Assembly (NCBI GenBank): GCA_963796965.1
Contig: CAWCNS010000008.1
Span: 256,001-320,000 of the forward strand
Origin: Calditrichia bacterium
GTDB taxonomy: Bacteria > Calditrichota > Calditrichia > JAJRVZ01
Direction: 5' to 3'
Length of the DNA: 64,000 nucleotides
Shown: one piece after another, positions 43,004 through 54,054 of the stretch
Layout: each line of letters starts with the position of its first letter
Position numbering within the stretch: the first letter of the stretch is position 1
The notes under the pieces: generated by a model
Seen by the model: only the letters and a program-made list of their open reading frames with translations
What the model was told of the DNA's origin: nothing
Databases searched by the model: none
Program-made: the position numbers and the translations under genes

Positions 43004-44595
43004 TCAGGGATGAATTATGAAGGAATAAAGTTTTGCCCCAGCGCCCATATGAAATCGCAATTGGATTTTAGAATCATCTACGATCTCTTCCAGGATTTGG
43101 CCATCAAACAAGACATCATGTTTTAACGCATCTCCACTCACAGTAGCAGAGGCAATGATTTTGCCACCAGATTTAAGCACGTCAACCGTGATCGGGCCAA
43201 TGGCATTAAGAGACAGATTTTTTCCTGTAAAAGTCAATAATTTTGTCGTGAGGATTCCAGCATCAACAGAGACAAATCCATCAATTCGTAAACGTGCGCG
43301 GAAAATTCCCCCACCACTAATGCGAATATCATTCGGGTGATTTTTGCCATAGGAAGAGGATCCATAATAAAATATCAGTTCATCACCTATTTTAAGAGGG
43401 CCTTGTGAGAACTCAGTCATATACCCGCCATCATTCAGCCCCTCATTACCACCCTCTATACCATTGGGTATAAACACTTCAGGGACGCCATTATCATTGG
43501 CAAACGGTACTTTTTTCCATTTCAGACCATCACGACTTGAAACGAGTTTAAGATAACCACAACCGGCCGCTGACCAGGGATAGTCCCCCTGCCCGTGCCA
43601 GATTTTTAATCCCCCCAACCACATCGACTCATAGCGCCAGGCCGTGGAGCCATAATACTCATCAAATCGCCCATCATTATTTATGTCGGCCGCTGGTGGC
43701 ACTAACTCAATATGCTTAATTGTCTGTATTGCAAACGGCTCCTCAAGAGGGTGTGAGAAAAAAGCATAGGCACGAGATCGTAATCTGTTCTCATTTTCAA
43801 CCGGGGTAGGACTATAAAATTTGAATAAGCCGAGAAATCGGTTTTCAATCGCATCGTGGTAAAATATGGTTACATCTCCGGGGCCAAAAAGGTCTCGTCC
43901 TTCTTGATGAATTTTTTTATGAACCCTATCGTCCTTATCGGCAAACCCATTCACAACCATCGGTAGCCCCGCTCCCAGGTAATGCCGTCCTTTGATTTGA
44001 GATAGTAATGACCTTCACGATCATCTCCCCAATTGGCAAAATGTTGCCAACCCTTGTAGGGGTAATCACCATCTTTATCATCATAATAATAGGAGAAGGC
44101 ATCGATATTTGTTGCACTTTTACCACTTTCCGGATCGTAAAGATCTTCTTCCGAGCGAGGAAAAACGCATTGCGGATTACCGTCATCGCCTTTGATCCAA
44201 TTCATGGCATCATCTGATGTAAACCGATACAAGCGGTAAAATGTCCAGCGTGGCTTTTTTCCTAAGGTTCTGCCATATGGAGAAAATCCAAGGGCAATCA
44301 TTACATATTTTTGCAATCGTGTATCAAATACAATTGTGCCATTCGCTTCTAACGTTGCCCCTAAACCATCAAATTCACCTTCTAATGAAATTATAGGCTT
44401 ATTACCGCCAAAATCCTTTAAAGGTTGATTTAGGGTACGTTTCAGATCTTCCCCAGATTCAATTAAATAATCATCCACGAACAACTGAGCAACACCTGAC
44501 TCTATCTCAATTGATTCTGAGGCGGGACCACATGCATTCGCAATCAAATAAAAAGTCAGACAAGCAATAATAAAATATTGACGGTTTTTTATCAT
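43004..44595 (-). CDS. Beta-propeller putative glycoside hydrolase lipoprotein (same broad family, no LamG), one frameshift near 43970
   Basis: Lipobox ANAC; QLFVDD, SDDAMNW/SKDGITW/SRDGLKW, RLRIDGFVS, AKLYSF. Confidence 0.75.
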
Positions 44596-44813
44596 CTCAT
44601 TTTTCTTTCTGGTTTCATAAATACAAATCCTGCTTACCCGCCATATTGAAAACTTACCCTTCATACATTTTTCTAAAAAGAAATATAATAAAAAAATATT
44701 ATAAATTTTTTTTTTTAACCCATTCTCTCTTACCGGTGAACTATTGCCTTCTCCAAATTCTCCATCGACTTTATTGAGTGCTGTTATCTAATTTATATTA
44801 TTGTTGATCAATT

Positions 44814-46556
44814 TTATATATTTTCCTCCGGTGTGTTATTATAACGAACAGGAGGAAGGCCAGGGCCAATTCCAAGAACATTTTCTTCCACTTTATTAAT
44901 ACCAGCCTTATGAAATCGAAGTGGCGATTTATCGGTGTTGTAAATACCATTATTCCGAATTACAATATCCGTAGTACCTTCGTCCAGAAACATACCATTC
45001 GATTCGGCCCTTCCGGCATTGAGAGGAACATCATGGATCAAATTACTTTCAAGTATTGTGCCGGGCTGATAACCCAAAGTATAAATTCCTCCACCATCTG
45101 ATAATATCTGCATAACATGATGGATATGATTGAAGGACACAACATTAGATTTACAGGGCGTTACATCCGGGCTCCACATCCAGCCAATGCTAATGCCGGT
45201 ATAGGGGAGATTACGAATTTCATTGTGGGCAATCAGAGTATTTTGTGCTAACCCAACCCAGATTCCAATTGCACCAAAATACTGAACACCGGAATTTTCG
45301 ATTAAGCAATTTACCACCTGGTTTCCCGTTGCGACCTGCTGTGGAGCCGATTGCCACCAGGGCTCCTCTTCTACAATCCGGTCTCTACTTTCACCGATCA
45401 TAACTGCATTACCACTTATATCATTCACAATGCTCCCGACCAGAGAACAATTTTTAGTGCGGCTCCCAATCATGACTCCAGCCCCGCCGAGATGGCGAAT
45501 ATGACTATTTTTAATATGACAATTTTCTGCTAATTCAAAATGAATTGCAGCAGGTACAAACCCCCGCCAACCTTTTTCAAAACCGTTTGCTTTCCCCACC
45601 ATATGAAAGGTCGCCTGGACACCTGCATAGCCATCCTCAGGAATAGTGAAGGCGCAATGTTCAAATGTTAATCCTTCAAAATGAAGATTATTAACCATAC
45701 ACCCATTTTTCTCATCTCCCCGCACAACAAGAAGTTGAGAGGCAGAGGGGGCGATGAATTCAGTTTCGCTAATCTCTTCATCCTTTCCGGGATAGTATAT
45801 TAATTTGCCATCCGAATCCTGACACCATTCTCCGGCCGTATCACAAATTGCAGGATGATTTTCCAAGGCATACCTTGGATTCGGTTCGTAACCATCGATA
45901 ACCATCATCGGATGCTGGCGGCCTATCTTCGACAAAGGATAAATTCGTTGGGTTTTTTTATCAATACTTTTCAGACCAACCCGTGAGATTGACCAGTCAT
46001 GAATAAAAACAAGTTCTGTTTTATCTGTTGAGATAGAAGCGGGAATATCCTCCGGATTGAATGTAAAATAGGACATGCGGTCTTCTGATGTGTCTACCAC
46101 CCTCAGGTAACCATGATTCGGGTGCCTGGCCCTTTGGGCTCTTTGGCCATTTACAAATAACTCCCGAACAGTACCCTTCACAACAGAATCAGTTTTCCAA
46201 CTTCCATTCCCTTGAATATTCCAACCCGCAACAACCTTACCCCCGCTAATTACCACATCCTCATCAGGGACAGATCTGTAAGTTATTGTGTATTTTTCAT
46301 TTCCAGAATCACGACAATCAAATATTAAGGGTTCAGTCAATCTATAAACGCCACGATTAATATTAATCCGGATATTATCAGCCATGCCCGTCTCAACAAT
46401 TTTTCTTACAATTAACTGTGCCTTTTGTATCGTTCTGAAAGGATTTAGTTTTGTTCCTGGATTATTATCTTTCCCAGTGGTTGAAACATATAAATCTGTT
46501 CCTGCCCCGGTTCTTACAAAAAGACATAATAATAACACCAACATCGATATTTTCAT
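44814..46556 (-). CDS. Exported right-handed beta-helix glycoside hydrolase, GH141-like
   Basis: LYVSTTGKDNNPGT..PFRT, ELFVNG.RA.RAR.PN, HNEIRNLPYTGISIGWMW, IHHVMQILSDGGGIYTLG. Confidence 0.75.
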   Translation of the reverse strand: MKISMLVLLLCLFVRTGAGTDLYVSTTGKDNNPGTKLNPFRTIQKAQLIVRKIVETGMADNIRININRGVYRLTEPLIFDCRDSGNEKYTITYRSVPDEDVVISGGKVVAGWNIQGNGSWKTDSVVKGTVRELFVNGQRAQRARHPNHGYLRVVDTSEDRMSYFTFNPEDIPASISTDKTELVFIHDWSISRVGLKSIDKKTQRIYPLSKIGRQHPMMVIDGYEPNPRYALENHPAICDTAGEWCQDSDGKLIYYPGKDEEISETEFIAPSASQLLVVRGDEKNGCMVNNLHFEGLTFEHCAFTIPEDGYAGVQATFHMVGKANGFEKGWRGFVPAAIHFELAENCHIKNSHIRHLGGAGVMIGSRTKNCSLVGSIVNDISGNAVMIGESRDRIVEEEPWWQSAPQQVATGNQVVNCLIENSGVQYFGAIGIWVGLAQNTLIAHNEIRNLPYTGISIGWMWSPDVTPCKSNVVSFNHIHHVMQILSDGGGIYTLGYQPGTILESNLIHDVPLNAGRAESNGMFLDEGTTDIVIRNNGIYNTDKSPLRFHKAGINKVEENVLGIGPGLPPVRYNNTPEENI

Positions 46557-46559
46557 TTT

Positions 46560-47645
46560 TCAGTCTCCATTCTTCTTACTAAGTTCATCACATAAATCCA
46601 GTACATACATAATTCTACTATCAGGAACATCATATTCTACATCGGGAAGACCAACATCACATGGTGCCAAATTCCGGGCAACAAATTCAAAATCATTTTT
46701 TATTTCTTTTTCAGATTTATTCTTTAAATCCACCGATGTGTAGAGACAATTTCTCCGTGCGTCAGGAAACACTTCTTTAGCTCTGGCCAAGTCTGAATCG
46801 ATGCCCATATCAATATAACTTACCCGTGGAACTTTTTTATAGTGATCAATATAGGGCGTAAGCATCCAGGCACAATTATGAATACCTAGTGAATCAAACC
46901 GGCTAGAAATTTTTACATCATATTTTAGTAATGACTGTGCATAAACATCCGGGCCAACCATATTGACAGTACAGTTGGCGATAGTCGCGAATCTATTGTT
47001 TACTCCATATTCACTCTGCTTATTATAGATATAATTTATTGCTTGAATATAGGTATCGGATATAATTTCAAATAACTGGTCAGTAAGTGATCCATTAACA
47101 ATCAGATCCGTAAATATACTATCTCCTCTGAATCTAAATCCCGTGTTCAAGTTACCCTGCCAGTTGAGATATCCATTGACATCTCCGGTTATTTTATAAA
47201 TATTGTCAATTTGTTCACAAATATGATCAAGGAAAGGATTATTCTCAACATCAGGTATTTCCAGATTTAGTATTTCTTCATCAGTCATTTTATCACCAAC
47301 AGGGACCGGCCACTTATCGGTAAAATATTTTAAGGGTCGATTAAATATCGAATCCATTATCCCAATTCCATAAATACCTGTTAACAGATCGGGTGGTCGG
47401 TCTTCCAATACGCGACCGATGTTATATCCAGGAAATCTTTTTTTAATCTCATCCTTCATTTTTTGGTACAACTCAAAACGTAATGGAATGTCCTTATGCC
47501 ATTTTTCAGAAAAATCCGCGTTACAACTTGCATGGAACCAGGAGGGATTAAATCCTACTTCTGGACGTAAGAATGGTTCATTTCCCTCCACAGGAGTTCT
47601 GATGGGTGGACAGCCAAGGTTGATATAGTATTTTAATTGTTCCAT
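46560..47645 (-). CDS. UroD/MtaA-CmuA family protein (putative corrinoid-dependent methyltransferase)
   Basis: QGNLNTGFRFRGDSIFTD, NCTVNMVGP..Y, IHNC (HxC), YDVPD C-terminal motif. Confidence 0.72.
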   Translation of the reverse strand: MEQLKYYINLGCPPIRTPVEGNEPFLRPEVGFNPSWFHASCNADFSEKWHKDIPLRFELYQKMKDEIKKRFPGYNIGRVLEDRPPDLLTGIYGIGIMDSIFNRPLKYFTDKWPVPVGDKMTDEEILNLEIPDVENNPFLDHICEQIDNIYKITGDVNGYLNWQGNLNTGFRFRGDSIFTDLIVNGSLTDQLFEIISDTYIQAINYIYNKQSEYGVNNRFATIANCTVNMVGPDVYAQSLLKYDVKISSRFDSLGIHNCAWMLTPYIDHYKKVPRVSYIDMGIDSDLARAKEVFPDARRNCLYTSVDLKNKSEKEIKNDFEFVARNLAPCDVGLPDVEYDVPDSRIMYVLDLCDELSKKNGD

Positions 47646-47712
47646 ATTACTGACGTATTTCTCGCAAAGCCACTAAGACGTAGAGGGTATTTATATTTAT
47701 TAATAGTATAAT

Positions 47713-47765
47713 TCACCTCCCCCATGCCCCCTCCTTAGTAAGGAGGGGGATTAAGGGGGAGGTGA
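47713..47765. repeat. C/G-rich REP-like double hairpin
   Basis: TCACCTCCCCC..CCCCCTCCTT-AGT-AAGGAGGGGG..GGGGGAGGTGA; a lone ctcgcaaag arm lies at 47658-47688. Confidence 0.65.
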
Positions 47766-48758
47766 TTCAAAGTTATGACTACAAAAATCTTGCCCACCAT
47801 ATGACCCTATTAGATCAGGGCACATTGACTCTTTGTAAATTTTATTAATAGGTGTTATAGTTTTCTTACCTACATTGATCGATTGGCTAGTTGTATCAAT
47901 TCCTACCACAAGATGTGGCATGTCTTTGTCATCTGCAAATGAAGCTGTCTCATAAACTTTTATTTTATCAAAAAGATGGTCCTGGACAAATAGGTGTCCA
48001 TGGCCCACAAATATGCCTTTAATCTGATTTACATTCTTTTCGAGAATTGAATAAAACCTTTGCTCAACTTCCGGAAGAATTGAGGCCCCGGCCCCAGACC
48101 AAATTCTAAAATTATCCGTTTGAAGAGGATGATGAAAAAACAACACGATTGGTACTTCTGCTTCTAATTCTGATGCAAACCAATCGAGCTGATCTTCATC
48201 AAAACTGCGATGTTTATATCTTCCATGCATACTATTCGACACAACAAATTTCCATCCCCCATACTCAAATGAATAATAAGCATCAAACCCGGTCATTTGC
48301 TTCCAGATCTTTTCCATGAATAAAATCTCATCTTTTTCATACGGTGCATCGGAATCTCTATCTGAATCAATTTTATAATCATGATTACCCATCACCCAGT
48401 AATAAGGAACCTCTAAGCGGTTAAAGGCCACCAGCGCATTAAACAATCTGCTCTGTTTATGATCAGCGTTTTCCGGGTTGTACGATTTATAAATACTTGA
48501 AACTACATCACCCGTATTTACTACAAATGCCAAACCGGGATAATCTCCCCGGTTTATCTTATCCGTCAGACAATTTAAACGTTCAATTTTTGAATCATCG
48601 TTGCTGACATGTGTATCAGAAACTATTAATATATGAAAATCACCATCAGGATAATTCGTCGATATTGAGCCACATCCCCATGTCACCAGATTGAGTGTTA
48701 TCAAACATTTGAGTAAATGTCGACGAATATTGCCGCTCTTAATAATATTAATTCCCAA
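47751..48758 (-). CDS. Metallophosphoesterase (probable lipoprotein)
   Basis: SDTH, TGD, GNHD, HHP, GHGH; TWGC lipobox-like. Confidence 0.88.
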   Translation of the reverse strand: MGINIIKSGNIRRHLLKCLITLNLVTWGCGSISTNYPDGDFHILIVSDTHVSNDDSKIERLNCLTDKINRGDYPGLAFVVNTGDVVSSIYKSYNPENADHKQSRLFNALVAFNRLEVPYYWVMGNHDYKIDSDRDSDAPYEKDEILFMEKIWKQMTGFDAYYSFEYGGWKFVVSNSMHGRYKHRSFDEDQLDWFASELEAEVPIVLFFHHPLQTDNFRIWSGAGASILPEVEQRFYSILEKNVNQIKGIFVGHGHLFVQDHLFDKIKVYETASFADDKDMPHLVVGIDTTSQSINVGKKTITPINKIYKESMCPDLIGSYGGQDFCSHNFESPPP

Positions 48759-48776
48759 ATTCCTAATTCCAATAAT

Positions 48777-50309
48777 CTATTTTTCTAAATCATTCAACAT
48801 ATAATTTAAGACAATCTCAGAAATTTTATGTTCCTCATGGCTAGAATCCAGAAACACCTCAAAATTTCCATCCCCCAAACTATTTACCCTTTCACTGACA
48901 ATTGCTTCATAAGTCGCGTAGCCCGTTCCACTAAAACAACAGGCATCAAATTCATTGAGAAATTGTATTTGCCGGCGGCCAGATCCGGAAGCACCCATGA
49001 CATATAATTCCAGATAATTTGCTATTCGATAAAGTTCCGGGACAATTTGTTCATAGTCGCCCCAGCTACCATTTTTAGGATCACGAATACGAAGATAAAG
49101 CGGCAGACTGCCCGCCACCGGATAACTGTATTTTATTCTCGTATCCATTGCCGCACACAAAGTTGTCGTCCATCCACCACCAGAGATCCCTGTCATATTG
49201 ACCTGCTTAAATCCCTGTTCATGCAAATAATTGATTACTCTAAAAACAGGCTCCACAAAATATTTCACAGGATGCCCCTCTTCCGGGTCCAAAAAACCCA
49301 TCCTCCCATGGGAATTAATATTCATTTTCCCAAAGCGTTTTAAATGAACAATCGGTTGACTGTTCATTCCTTTTAAGGGCATAGAAATACCAACTACGTG
49401 AAAACCTTTTGATAATAATCCCTGGATTGTTGAGATACCTAACGAGAATTTACCATTATGGCCCTGGTGATAGAGAACGGCTCTTTTATTTGATTTGACA
49501 GGAATAAAGTGATAAGCAATACTATTAAGGCCGTATTCCATATTAATGATTAATTTTTTAGTTTCTTCCAAATTCTGTAAATCTTTGAAATCAGGATCTT
49601 GAATATCCTCTTCGATCAAATCGACACCTTTTTCCATTGGAAATCCTTCTTCTCCGAATAACAATACACTGAACTTGGCACGCGTACTCACGAGATCAGA
49701 CTGATTGTTAATTGAGAGTAATGTTGAGATATCAAACTCCAGATCCTTTGCAGGTAAATCGGCTTCCTTTCTGAAGATTGCTTGCATTTCCATTTTATCG
49801 GACGAAGTAAAATGCAATAAATTTGATGCGACTTCTTTTTTCCCCTCTCCTCTCCACATCCAGAAGAGGCGTAAATATGAAGGACCTGAAATCTGTTTAT
49901 AGTGAAGTCTTATTTTATAGCGAACGCCCTTTTTCATCTCAATGACGCCCTGATCGTCTGGTTTATCTGACCAGGAATTGATGATAACCTTCCCGTCAAT
50001 TTCCAGCCATATGCCATTATTCGCTTCAATAGAGAAGGTAACCGGACCACTAACCGGACCTTCAATACTCCCCTGCCACTGTACGGAGAAGTCCTTATGC
50101 TCTGGCCAATCCAGTTCTGAGGAATTGAGCGAAAGAGCCTTCCAAATTCTTACAGGACCAGTAAAATCGCTATGGTCAAAAAAGACCCCGACTAAGCCCG
50201 GTTGTTCTTCTTTAGGTTTATCCTGGTCCTGAGCAGATAGGGAGCCATATATAAAAAACATAGCAATGATTGCATAAAAGATTCTATAATTAGTGATAAT
50301 TTTATTCAT
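48777..50309 (-). CDS. Exported PA14 domain plus alpha/beta-hydrolase (putative carbohydrate esterase)
   Basis: GLVGVFF, FSVQWQG (PA14); YHQGH, GISGGGW nucleophile elbow, D and H candidates (EFDACC, HEEH). Confidence 0.8.
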   Translation of the reverse strand: MNKIITNYRIFYAIIAMFFIYGSLSAQDQDKPKEEQPGLVGVFFDHSDFTGPVRIWKALSLNSSELDWPEHKDFSVQWQGSIEGPVSGPVTFSIEANNGIWLEIDGKVIINSWSDKPDDQGVIEMKKGVRYKIRLHYKQISGPSYLRLFWMWRGEGKKEVASNLLHFTSSDKMEMQAIFRKEADLPAKDLEFDISTLLSINNQSDLVSTRAKFSVLLFGEEGFPMEKGVDLIEEDIQDPDFKDLQNLEETKKLIINMEYGLNSIAYHFIPVKSNKRAVLYHQGHNGKFSLGISTIQGLLSKGFHVVGISMPLKGMNSQPIVHLKRFGKMNINSHGRMGFLDPEEGHPVKYFVEPVFRVINYLHEQGFKQVNMTGISGGGWTTTLCAAMDTRIKYSYPVAGSLPLYLRIRDPKNGSWGDYEQIVPELYRIANYLELYVMGASGSGRRQIQFLNEFDACCFSGTGYATYEAIVSERVNSLGDGNFEVFLDSSHEEHKISEIVLNYMLNDLEK

Positions 50310-52846
50310 TTTTTTCTCCGGAGATTAATTTATTTTCTTTTTCCATCATTTGTTTCTGTTGCGGAGAATGCTTTAAATATTCTCCGATAATAGCCGAAAA
50401 CCCGGATTCGGGCAATTGCCACTGGACATTAAGCTGCCCCAAATCACCTCCCTCGTGGTTATAAATCAGGTCAATACGGTACCAGTGGTTTTTTTCCGCC
50501 TTAAAACTTGCTATTCTCTCATCGATGCTACCTTCCCAGGCAATCAGATCATTATTCTCAATCTTTAATATAACTCCGCGATCAGAGGCCACTTTTAATT
50601 TTACTACGCCTGATTCCGGAAACCTAATAAATCCAAACCATTGGACAGACCAGTTTCTCCCCAAATCCTCCTCTTTATTATCCCATTTATAATCAAGCAC
50701 CTCTGCAGTAAAAGAGTGATCGGGATTTTGAAGATCCGGGTCGCCATACCATATTCCTGCTAAGCCAGGAAGTGATGGTTTAAAATAGGAATCTGTCATA
50801 GGCTGGTTTACCTCTTGCCTGTAAATTTCTAACTCCTTCTCAAATAAAGGTAAAATATCAGACCAATGATAAGGACATTTTTCAAGACGTTCCGGATGTT
50901 TTGCCGGTACATCACTTAAACTGGCGTAAGTAAGATCTGTTAATATGGTTAAATCACGATAATTATTAACTGATGCCTCCAGATTCTCAATAAATTGTTC
51001 TTTGTTTTGCTCAAAATTGATATTATTTTCATATAACAATTTAAAAACGATCGCCCGTAATTTATTATAATAAAACTTGCTTATTAATAGAATGGCCGTG
51101 GCATCGCTAAGAATTCGGGAAGCCTCTTCCTTATTTTTTAAACTTGTGCTGATCCCCCATTGCGCTTCCAGAACAGCCCGTTCTGCCTCGGCAATCTTTA
51201 CTGCCAAAAAATCGATGGGACTGCCATTATCAGGGACCTCTCCCCTTTTTATTTTTTCAAGATATTCAGGAATGCGCAGGCATCCTATATCTTCAAATAA
51301 AGGTGTTCCCGGAGCCTTCTCTATATGCGTAAGTTTTGCTCCTGCAGCGACAATTGTATGATTATCATTTCCAAGCCAGAGTAGTCTTTGCAATCCCGGG
51401 AGAACATCAGCACCCGCTTCAAATGAATTCAGAAAATGAATAGCCGCACGTTGGGATCCAAATCTCTTCGACAATCGGGATATCCAATAGTTTTTTTCAA
51501 GTTCTGTATCTCGTTCCACCCTCCAGGCATAGCGTCCCCACATTTCAAACCAGAGAGCATCCCGTTCCCACTGCAGTAAATTTTTACCCGTATCTGATCC
51601 ATAGGGCCATCGCCATGCTTTGCGCGGATATAAATGGAGCCCCTTTGCTCCTATATCCAGGGAACTTTGTATACATTGCCGAATGTACGATGGCGGGTTC
51701 CAGCGAAAGGGTTCAAGATTAGCAATACAATGAATATTAACGATATAGTTGCCATTGAGAGCAGCCCATTCCTCATTCTCTGGATCAATACGGGTATCAG
51801 CAATCATTTCCACATTAAATTTTCTTTCCCAATACAAGTTTTCATAATTTCCAACAACCTTACGTGCATGGGGAAGATCAATCTGCCAGGCACGTACAAA
51901 GATGGGAGGCGTCTTGCCTGTCTTATTAACAGCCGGAAATATAACTTCATTGATCCATCTGTCTGAATGCTCAAGATCCAATCCCTCACCGGGGGTTACA
52001 TATAGTCCCACCTCAGGAAATTCAGAGACAAATCGTTCAATGCAATGCTCCGTATAATCTGCTAGTAACGGTGTTGGTTCTGCAATTTCATCTTTGAGAT
52101 TATGTGCTTTTTGGAAATAAATTGATGTGTGAATATTATAGAACTGAAAGATAAATCGTATATTGCGTTTTAATGCTTCTGCACAAAGCCATGAGAGCAT
52201 TTCATGATTTTTTTCTAACAACCCAACAGGCATACCCTTTTGAGCCTCAGGATATTTATCCAATTTGACAAAATAGTCGAAAGGATGACCATTCCAGAAA
52301 GCAATATAGTTAAAGCGATTCTCCGCCAAGAAATCCAAATAGTCAAGCCAAAGATCCTTATCGTAAAAAAATGGAAATTCTCCGGGTGTAATTGCAAAAT
52401 TATAGGTTCCTAGCTTCATCAAGAGGATGCATGTCCCCCGTAAATTCATATCCGGCGCATCTGACAGTCTTTAATTTCTCAGGAATTTTCCCAGAGTCTT
52501 TAATAATTCTTTTCAATTCCAGACAGCCATAAAGAGCCCCCGCCGGATCAAATCCGCGGATCGTAATCTGACCCTCCCGCACTATTATCTGAAAGCCCTC
52601 TTGATGTCGTGCCTTGACAGGTAGATCAGCCTTATTTGCGGCAACTTCAATCTGCAAATAATGATTTTTCACATCTGCCAGAGAATCGGAATATTCCATC
52701 AATAGCGACTCGAGTCGCGCCTTGCCCCAGCTAATGCGTGGATCTGGCGTAACCTTCTCAACTGGTGCTGCCTGGTTAATAGAGGGTATGATCCCTACCA
52801 GACCAAGAGTCATGAATAATATTATATTAAAGATCTTACTCTGCAT
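50302..52846 (-). CDS. GH138-like alpha-galacturonidase with GH20/GH67-type N-domain and C-terminal PA14; frameshift near 52460
   Basis: FPFFYDKDLWLDYLD..NRFN..FWNGHPF..VKL, QFYNI, NIHCIANLEPFRW, LHLYP..W.WPY, WGRYAW match recalled BT0997 motifs; EGFQI..GALYGCLEL N-domain. Confidence 0.78.
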
Positions 52847-52905
52847 AATTCTTCTGATCTTCGGATGACTTGGATTACAACCCTTCAACAAATTTCTTTT
52901 CAAAG

Positions 52906-53802
52906 TCAATTATCAATTTCTATATCTTTTGATAATTGTTTGATAAAGACTTCCGAACGACGTTGACGAAATTTGTTTGAATTTTGAGGCTCAACTTCAA
53001 TCTCAAAATAACTGATCCCTTCCCAATCATTCCGGTTAATAATAATTTCTCCCTTTTTATTTATGGCAAGTGTCTGTAAAGGATGTGTAAAAATAAGAGG
53101 GGCGTTATTATCACGGGCTCGTGCACGGAGTATTGTGTCATTCCACTCCCCGCGGGATCCATAGGAAGGATTGAACAGAACTCTGGCACCAGACAGGGCC
53201 AGGGCCCGGGCTACTTCCGGAATTTGCCTTTCAAAACATATCATCATACCAAATCTTCCATAATCTGTATCAAAGGCTTCAATACTATTACCGGGGTGAT
53301 AAAACGCGGGCTGATAATAAGGTTGTGCCATATGAGTTTTACGATGGGTGTGTACGATCTCACCTTTTGAATTGATCCAAACAACACTGTTGTAAAGAAT
53401 ATCATTCTTCCGTTCCAGAATCCCGAGAAGAATATCCACATTTAATTCTTTGGCAAGATCAGCCATTCTCGATACTGAAGGACCTTCCAAAGACTCGGCT
53501 ATTTCGAAAAATTTTTTATCTAAATTTTTACCTTTATTTTCTTCCTTTAGAACCTCATTTATTAGATATCCCTCTACAGCACCCTCTGATGTTACTAAGA
53601 TTTTTGCATCATTTGCGGCCGCCTCTCTGGCCATCTTTTCTATCGTTTTTAAATTCGATTCTTTATCCCATTTAACCGGTACAAATGATAAACTGGCTAT
53701 TTTCACTTTTATTATTTCTTCCGTACCACTATTTGCATCAGAGGCAATGAGCAAAAAAGGGAGAATTAACATCCCCAGGATCAAAAATATCTTTACTTTC
53801 AA
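52906..53802 (-). CDS. Exported carbon-nitrogen hydrolase (nitrilase/amidase family)
   Basis: Signal peptide; E-K-C triad in SEGA, HRKTH, ICFER. Confidence 0.9.
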   Translation of the reverse strand: MKVKIFLILGMLILPFLLIASDANSGTEEIIKVKIASLSFVPVKWDKESNLKTIEKMAREAAANDAKILVTSEGAVEGYLINEVLKEENKGKNLDKKFFEIAESLEGPSVSRMADLAKELNVDILLGILERKNDILYNSVVWINSKGEIVHTHRKTHMAQPYYQPAFYHPGNSIEAFDTDYGRFGMMICFERQIPEVARALALSGARVLFNPSYGSRGEWNDTILRARARDNNAPLIFTHPLQTLAINKKGEIIINRNDWEGISYFEIEVEPQNSNKFRQRRSEVFIKQLSKDIEIDN

Positions 53803-53845
53803 ATCTTTCTCCTTATTATAGAGAGATATTTCAATTTGTAATTTT

Positions 53846-54030
53846 TTATCTCACGCAAAGACGCTAAGACGCAACAAAAATTCATCCACGAATTTCACTA
53901 ATTTGAACGGATTTCACGAATTAAAATAATATTTTTAAATATTAGAAAATAGAATTAGTGAAATTCGTCTAAATTCAAGTAATCAGTGGAAGAAATTCCT
54001 TTCGAGTCTTAAAGTTTTTGCGAGAGATAA
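53846..54030. repeat. ~185-bp two-layer palindromic element, copy 1
   Basis: Outer tctcacgcaaagacgctaag..tttgcgagagataa; inner ccacgaatttcactaatt..aattagtgaaattcgt..gtgg; inverted copy at 57900. Confidence 0.85.
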
Positions 54031-54054
54031 GATTTAGACCCTGGCATAATAAAA

